The translations under genes were made by a program, and so were the position numbers. From Eutreptiella sp. 'Long Island Sound 2002' (Eukaryota; Protista; Euglenida), in contig OZ038378.1 of assembly GCA_964036045.1 (NCBI GenBank), positions 156,984,001-157,048,000 of the forward strand: DNA of 64,000 nt. Reading direction: 5' to 3'. Positions 56,563 to 64,000 of this stretch are shown here, piece by piece. Each line of letters starts with the position of its first letter. Positions within the stretch are counted from its first letter, which is position 1. Below the pieces are notes generated by a model. The model saw only the letters and a program-made list of their open reading frames with translations. It searched no databases and was not told where the DNA came from.

Positions 56563-57883
56563 CTACGCTCACCTTGTGTTTATGGGCAGCATAGACTCCG
56601 GATAGCCTTCCAAAAAAAACGAACATACTTTGGATTTGGGGTCACTGTGCAAAGCCCTGGTGATGGGTAAGATGGTACGCCCGGTACAGTGGCCTGTACA
56701 GTGAACAATCCTGGAAGGTGCGAAATTTCCCACTCAATTTTCAGGCCACTGTGCGAAATAAACCCGGCGCGAAATTTTCTCGTGCGAAAAATTCCCGGTG
56801 CAAAATCCCCCCCCCCCCTGTATAGCCCTCCGGAGGCTATAGGATTCTAGATGAATGGCAGAGCCGGGGGGGATGGGGCGCCAACGACTGGGCGCCGCTG
56901 ACACGCAAACGGCACATCCCGCCACATCCAGCACAGCCCCGGCACACCAACGACTGGGCTCCGCGAACGCGGAAACGACACCGGCAGGAGCACCGGCCGC
57001 AGCGGCCGGCAGAACGCAGCGCCCCAACGCAACATGCGAAGGGAAAACAACAACCCGACGGAATGTCACACAGGGGGGCTGATAGGTGGTGCTGCTGGGG
57101 GGGGGGGGGGGCATAGGTCAGGACCTTGCCAAGTTTTTCCTTCGGCGCTTCACTCCATCTGTTGTGTGTTTTACACTCGATTTCCTGTGCTTTTCGCGTC
57201 ATGGGTAATGATTTAGACAACCTCCAGCCACCAACAAAAGGGCCTGGCCCTCTTTGATGCAAATGTGGAAACAGTAGCTGTCAACAGCCCGCCCTGCGGT
57301 GGTGGCCCATGCGCTTCGGTCTGTGCAGTTTGGTGAGTTGGGGGCGGCTATAGGCCCCCGGATGTTAGCAACCGAGGGGGCGGGGGCGGGTCTACACGCC
57401 CCCGAAGTTTTATTCCTGGCGAAGTTTCTTGGCTTTTCTGTGAGTTCATGCGCCTTCGTAAGAAACGAATGGGTGTTGCGGAGGAAGACGAAGCCTGCGG
57501 TGATGGCATCCCAATGAAAATGATGTACAAACGTTCTCTTCTGCATCTTGTTCCATTGCTTTGAGTCACTGAGGGGCTGCGCACTGGGGTGCTGGTAGAA
57601 CTCTGCAACCCTGCACAATCAGGGTACCGTTTGAAGCTCCAGGATTCTCAGAGGTGGCGAAATTTCCTCCCTTGCGAAAGTATCCCGTGAAAACGTCCCC
57701 TGGCAAACCCGTTGTGATCAGTCATGGGGGGCATTGAGTCGACCTGTCGGACGCTACACCCCCCCCCCCCCTCCAGGACCCCCAAACAAGCACCCACGTG
57801 GCGACCACTTTTTACAATTTTACTGGGCAAACTCTCCAATAGGCTCAAGGGACAACCCCCCCCCCCCCTCATAGCAGGATTAT

Positions 57884-60392
57884 TATTGACATTGGGGTGT
57901 TTATTGACATCGGGGTGTTGATTGACATTTATTGACATCGGGGTGTTTATTGACGTTTATTGACATCGGGGTGTTTATTGACATCGGGGTGTTGATTGAC
58001 GTTTATTGACATCGGGGTGTTGATTGACATTTATTGACATCGGGGTGTTTATTGACATTTATTGATATCGGGTGTTTATGGACGTTTATTGATATCGGGT
58101 GTTTATGGACGTTTATTGACCGTGGGGTGTTTATTGACATCGGGGTGTTTATTGACGTTTATTGACATCGGGGTGTTTATTGACATTTATTGACATCGGG
58201 GTGTTTATTGACGTTTATTGACATCGGGGTGTTTATTGACATCGGGGTGTTGATTGACGTTTATTGACATCGGGGTGTTGATTGACATTTATTGACATCG
58301 GGGTGTTTATTGACATTTATTGATATCGGGTGTTTATGGACGTTTATTGATATCGGGTGTTTATGGACGTTTATTGACCGTGGGGTGTTTTTTGACATCG
58401 GGGTGTTTATTGACGTTTATTGACATCGGGGTGTTTATTGACATTTATTGACATCGGGGTGTTTATTGACGTTTATTGACATCGGGGTGTTTATTGATGT
58501 TTATTGACATCGGCGTGTTTATTGACGTTTATTGACATCGGGGTGTTTATTGACATTTATTGACATCGGGGTGTTTATTGACGTTTATTGACATCGGGGT
58601 GTTTATTGACATTTATTGACATCGGGGTGTTTATTGACGTTTATTGACATCGGGGTGTTTATTGACATCGGGTGTTTATGGACGTTTATTGACCTTGGGG
58701 TGTTTATTGACATTGGGGTGTTTATTGACATCGGGGTGTTGATTGACATTTATTGACATCGGGGTGTTTATTGATGTTTATTGACATCGGGGTGTTTAAA
58801 CACCCCGATGTCCATAAACACCCTGATGTCAATAAACGTCAATAAACACCCCGATGTCAATAAATGTCGATCAACACCTCGATGTCAATAAACACCCCGA
58901 TGTCAATAACCGTCAATAAGCACCCCGATGTCAATAAATGTCGATCAACACCTCGATGTCAATAAACACCCCGATATCAATAAATATCAATAAACACCCG
59001 ATGTCAATAAATGTCAATCAACACCCCGATGTCAATAAACACCCCGATGTCAATAATGTCATTTATTGACATCGGGGTGTTTATTGACATCGGGGTGTTT
59101 ATTGACATCGGGGTGTTTATTGACATCGGGTGTTTATTGACATTTATTGACATCGGGGTGTTTATTGACGTTTATTGACATCTGGGTGTTTATTGATGTT
59201 TATTGACATCGGGGTGTTTATTGACGTTTATTGACATCGGGGTGTTCTGAACATCGGGGTGTTTAAACACCCCGATGTCCATAAAACACCCCGATGTCAA
59301 TAAACGTCAATAAGCACCCCGATGTCAATAAACGTCCATCAACACCCCGATGTCAATAAATGTCATTTATTGACATCGGGGTGTTTATTGACATCGGGGT
59401 GTTTATTGACATCGGGTGTTTATTGACATTTATTGACATCGGGGTGTTTATTGACATCGGGGTGTTTATTGACATCGGGTGTTTTTTGACATTTATTGAC
59501 ATCGGAGTGTTTTTGACGTTTATTGACATCGGGGTGTTTATTGATGTTTATTGACATCGGGGTGTTTATGAACATCGGGCTGTTTAAACACCCCGATGTC
59601 CATAAACACCCCGATGTCAATAAACGTCAATAAGCACCCCGATGTCAATAAACGTCAATCAACACCCCGATGTCAATAAACACCCCGATGTCAATAACCG
59701 TCAATAAACACCCCGATGTCAATAAATGTCAATCAATTACTGACATCGGGGTGTTGATTGACATTTATTGACATCGGGGTGTTTATTGACGTTTATTGAC
59801 ATCGGGGTGTTTAAACACCCCGATGTCAATAAACACCCCGATGCCAATAAACACCCCGATGTCAATAAACGTCAATAAGCACCCCGATGTCAATAAATGT
59901 CAATAAACACCCCGATGTCAATAAACACCCCGATTTCAATAAATGTCATTTATTGGCATCGGGGTGTTCATTGACGTTTATTGACATCGGGGTGTTTATT
60001 GACATCGGGGTGTTTATTGACATTTATTGACATCGGGGTGTTTATTGACGTTTATTGACATCGGGGTGTTTATTGACATTTATTGACATCGGGGTGTTTA
60101 TTGACGTTTATTGACATCGGGGTGTTTATTGACATCGGGGTGTTTATTGACATTTATTGACATCGGGGTGTTCATGGACATCGGGGTGTTTATTGACATT
60201 TATTGACATCGGGGTGTTTATTGATATTTATTGACATCGGGGTGTTTATGGACATCGGGGTGTTTATTGACGTTTATTGACATCGGGGTGTTTATTGATA
60301 TTTATTGACATCGGGGTGTTTATGGACATCGGGGTGTTTATTGACATCGGGGTGTTTATGGACGTTTATTGACAGTGGCGTGTTTATTGACA
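57884..60392. repeat. 2.5-kb complex satellite (tttattgacatcggggtg / tttattgac[a/g]) with alternating orientation blocks
   Basis: Forward and reverse blocks; palindromic junctions gtttaaac at 58794, 59261, 59582 and 59809. Confidence 0.97.
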
Positions 60393-60569
60393 GGGGGAAG
60401 GGGTGGGTAGTGATATACACTATTGCTCTGGTACACTGGTCCTTAAAAGGGTAGGAAAGGTTGATGAACATGTATGTCGTGACGGTTGTGTGGAACAGCA
60501 ATGTGACAGCAGTGATTAGTGCATTGGCACCACAGCTGCTTTCACGTTGGGGCGTTTCTTGCCTCACAG

Positions 60570-60869
60570 GTCCTTTGTCAATATTCGGTCAATGCTACGC
60601 AGTGGGAAAGTGCTTCCGGAGCCCAAACTACCCCGGGTTCTATGCGGGTCGGCAAAGCTGCAAGATCACAATCAATTTGGCCGGAAACCACGCGCTCAGG
60701 GTAAAGAAGTTCGTGGTTGGAAGTTATTCATATGATGACGCGTTGACCGTGGATGGGGTCCAATATGTGAAGGCAACTGGGCCACACGGTGCCATTGTCT
60801 CGGACGCCTCAGTAATCACCTGGAGTTCGGGTGACTATGGGAATGTCGGATTTGATATTTGCCTCGGAG
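60570..60869 (+). CDS. Exon 8: CUB-like domain
   Basis: gcctcacag acceptor, gtgtgt donor, 300 nt, phase 1-1; C...SPNYPGFY....CKITI...F......D.LTV....WSSGD....GFDIC. Confidence 0.85.
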
Positions 60870-62990
60870 GTGTGTGCGCTGGGATGCCAATATGTCACGT
60901 CGCTGGTTTCTAGTCAAGAACCTTTACCCCCCCACCCCCCCTGTCTCAGCTACGGCCTTGTCTAAGCTACAGCGGGCGTAGGGACTGTATTAATTTGGTA
61001 CCTGATTTGATTCGGTACCAAATATAGTGCGGCCACATGGTTTTGGTAACCAATCTGCCAATTACATGGAGTCATGGTTGAGTGACTGATTGCCCACTTG
61101 AACCCGCAGAGCTCTGAATTCGGGGACATCTGTGCATTATCTTCCCTTTTTCTTGGTGGTGGCGTGTGTGCCGGTAGTTGCATGTGTTGCGCGCAAGCTA
61201 CGGCCTTGTCCAAGCTACAGCACGCGTGGGGACCGCCTTAATTCCGTACTTTTGCGTAGCTTAGACGCGGGGGGGGGGGGGGGGGGGGGCTTTGCTTAGT
61301 TGGGGGGGGGGGTCAGGACGGGTTCCTAGTGAGGAGCCTTGTGGATGGAGGAGCTGACTGGCATGTGGGGCTGGATCCTACTGAGATCCCCTCACCGGGG
61401 CAGGGGGTCACCCCAGCCCCCGGCCCCACGAAGCAAAGGCGCGGGGGGAGGGTACGAAAGGGCTCTGAATCCTCTTGAGACCCGGTCCTCCTGACAAACT
61501 TTCTGTTGTTGGGGCCAGTCAAAGACGTGGTTTGGTTCCCGTCAAAGCGAGCGGCAGATATCCCCCGCCCGCCGGCGTCCCCGAGACACACCCGCCGCGT
61601 CGCCTCTGACTTGGCACACGCATGGGCGCCGTTCGTCTCGCTCGGCCTCCCAACCGGACCCAACGGCGGCCTGCGATGGGTCCGCGCTGGCTCACGCACG
61701 GGGGAAGGGGGGAGAAGGATTTGCGGGGGCTGGGGCGGGTCCTGTTTCGGTGGGATGCCCGTGTCTCGAACGGTCCTTCGCCGTGGGCCCGCGGGCGACA
61801 GCCCCCCCCCCCCCCCCCCGAACTTGAAAAATAGCGTGTGTGCGATGCCCCCACAGCGATCCGGGATCCCCCGGGGGTGTGCTGGTGTGTGACGGAGGAG
61901 CACATGGTGTGTTCTGCAGCGTGCATGTCCACAACACTCACGGCCATGGCACTGAGCATCAACATCTGGGGGGTCCGCATCAGCCCCTCACATGCCCCCA
62001 GCCGAGTAGCGTGGGGCAAGTCAGTTTAGGCCAAAACATTTCTCTTGCCTCTAACAACTCAGGGTCTCCTGAGGGGGGGGGGGTCCGCCCCCCCCGCCTG
62101 AAGCGAAACTCTGCTGTCTGCTGTCCTTTTAAGTGCAGCGTTTTGGTCACAGTCAGCCTGGGTCCTCCAAAGTCGGCGGCACATCGTGCCTTGCGGGGCG
62201 TTGTACTGATCGGCATGCGACCGTGAGCACGACTCACCATTCGTTCGGAATCCATTCGTCATGCTTTGCTTCCGAGTCGTGACCATTCAAGGCGCTGGAG
62301 CCCCCAATTCACCCAACCCACCAGTTCACCACCGGGTACGCGAGCCCAAGCCTCACCGTTGCAATCGGGTGACGATGTGGTTTTGGCGCCGCTTGGGGAG
62401 TCCGGGTCGGGGGTTGGTTGGTTGGTTGGTTGCTGCCGCTATGTCCCGGCTCTAGGCCAGGGCCCCCTGGGCTGCAGGCCACAGGCAGCAGGGGCTGTGT
62501 GACACGCTGTATGTCGCATGTACCACGCGCACTGGGGCCCGCGCGTGTTGCACTGGCGCGCACCCGCTTCGTCCCTTCCCCTGTGTCAGGCACGTCCGGG
62601 TCCACCGCGTTGCGCGCGGCGCCTTGCCCGCCCGTGCCCTTGTCGTGTGTCTTCGGGTCGGGGGTGGGGGGCGTGTTTTATGACTGGCCACAAGGGTCAT
62701 AAAGGGCCACAGTGGGAACTTCCATATCCCCAAAATACCGTGACCGAAAAACGTGTCCACGGTAGACGGTCATGTCACATCGACCGGAAACAACTCTGAT
62801 CTCAGTCACAGGGCAGGACAGTGTGACCGCCAGTGTTCGCATGAATGGCTGTCGCAGGTGTTCTTGTTTCCTTTTCCCAGCCTCCAATCCAGAGCCCACC
62901 AGGAATACGCAGTGGGTCTGGCCATGCATCACGTCCGCCTCGCGGAGTGCACCTGCGGAGGGTGCGTCCCCTCAATCCCTTTCAGGCCAA

Positions 62991-63099
62991 CACGGGGCAC
63001 TTGAGACAAACACGGGGCACTTGAGACAAACACGGGGCACTTGAGACAAACACGGGGCACTTGAGACAAACACGGGGCACTTGAGACAAACACGGGGCA
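62991..63099. repeat. 20-bp tandem repeat cacggggcacttgagacaaa, about 5.5 copies
   Basis: Direct periodicity. Confidence 0.95.
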
Positions 63100-63340
63100 T
63101 TTCATGGAGGGGGGCACGGGCCGGACCCGTCCCGCCCACACCCTCCTCCCACACCCTCCGGCCGACCCCCCCTCCCCCCAACTGCCCCCCAGCCCCCCCC
63201 CCCCCAAAGTTCTGACAGATACTTGGGGGGTATGTCGCCTCAGGACCGGTTGTAGTCGCCCCCCCTGTGGTCCCGCCTTCTTGTGTTCCTCCCTGGTTGC
63301 AGTTGGCTTACTCCGCTCTGCTTTGTCCCTCGCTTTGCAG

Positions 63341-63541
63341 AGGAGCCCGAGGCCTGCACTCTACCGTTGGGATACACGAGTGATGTTTCCGCCTGCGCCA
63401 GTGCTGCAGGGTGCACTCTATCAGCGCTGAAACGGGGAAGTACAACATGTGCCCCGGGGTACATGGGAACTGTTTCTGGCCTCGGAGTGGTTAAGTGTGG
63501 CACCAACGGTGCTGCATTCACTGCCCTTAGTGGCTGCGTAG
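63341..63541 (+). CDS. Exon 9: diverged 6-Cys module; the gene continues beyond the window
   Basis: cgctttgcag acceptor, gtttgc donor, 201 nt, phase 1-1; CTLP...C....GCT...TCAPGYMG...C...F..LSGC. Confidence 0.85.
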
Positions 63542-64000
63542 GTTTGCTTGCACAAGCACCACTGCTGGCCCATTGCCCGACCCGTCGTTGTTGTTCCCTC
63601 ATTCTCCGTGCCGCCAGTGCAATCAGTGCAAACCCATCCCAAGCCTCCTTCGTGTGCCACCCCCCCCCCCCCAACCGCATCAAATTTCTGAACCGAAGTC
63701 GAGCTATGTTATTCTGGACTGATTTGGCATGAAATCATGTGCATGTGTTGTGCTGCAGTGTGGGTGTCTTTGATTCAACAAAAACCTCCATAACCACCAA
63801 TTTCCAGGATTCTCAGACCGTCGTTCGGATGTCGGAAAATGCTCTTTTGTGACCCCCTGAAATAACATGTGTTGTGCATGGGCCCGTTCGTTCACGCTTA
63901 CTGCCTCGCAGGGCGTCCATCCCTGCGGTCGTATGACTGAGCCACCCATGTGGTCCCTCAAGGGGGGGTGGCGGAGACTGGCACGCCCCGACCGGTCAAC

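Noticed and set aside
62881-62961. Possible extra 81-nt phase 1-1 exon (SNPEPTRNTQWVWPC...)
   Set aside because: Splice signals fit, but there is no recognisable domain; needs RNA-seq.
1-64000. Euglenid nonconventional introns and G-quadruplex roles for the many poly-G/C runs
   Set aside because: All introns I could define are GT-AG. The homopolymer runs are ubiquitous background and prone to sequencing error.

Overview
Repeat-rich eukaryotic nuclear DNA, almost certainly from a euglenid (Eutreptiella/Euglena-like). The call rests on a near-perfect copy of the euglenid spliced-leader (SL) exon at 48319-48349, short 5' UTRs after polypyrimidine-AG acceptors, and GT-AG introns. Main contents: (1) A young, full-length Ty3/Gypsy chromovirus (14962-27254). 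Gag, PR-RT-RH and IN-chromodomain are all in one reading frame, separated only by two single TAG codons, and a degenerate Dam/N6-adenine-methyltransferase-like domain lies between protease and RT. (2) A modular secreted-protein gene not visible in the ORF track (40102 to beyond 63541). It has a signal-peptide exon plus eight symmetric phase-1 exons (PAN/Apple, CUB, two DGxxNGDE Cys repeats, four 6-Cys modules), and an SL-RNA-like sequence sits inside one intron. (3) Four apparently intronless host genes; one carries a decayed SL copy immediately upstream, suggesting a recycled mRNA (retrogene). (4) Decayed LINEs, a 711-bp near-perfect inverted duplication, dispersed repeats and several satellites, including a 2.5-kb array that switches strand eight times, mostly at palindromic junctions. 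All calls are by eye with no database searches; family names are motif-based.
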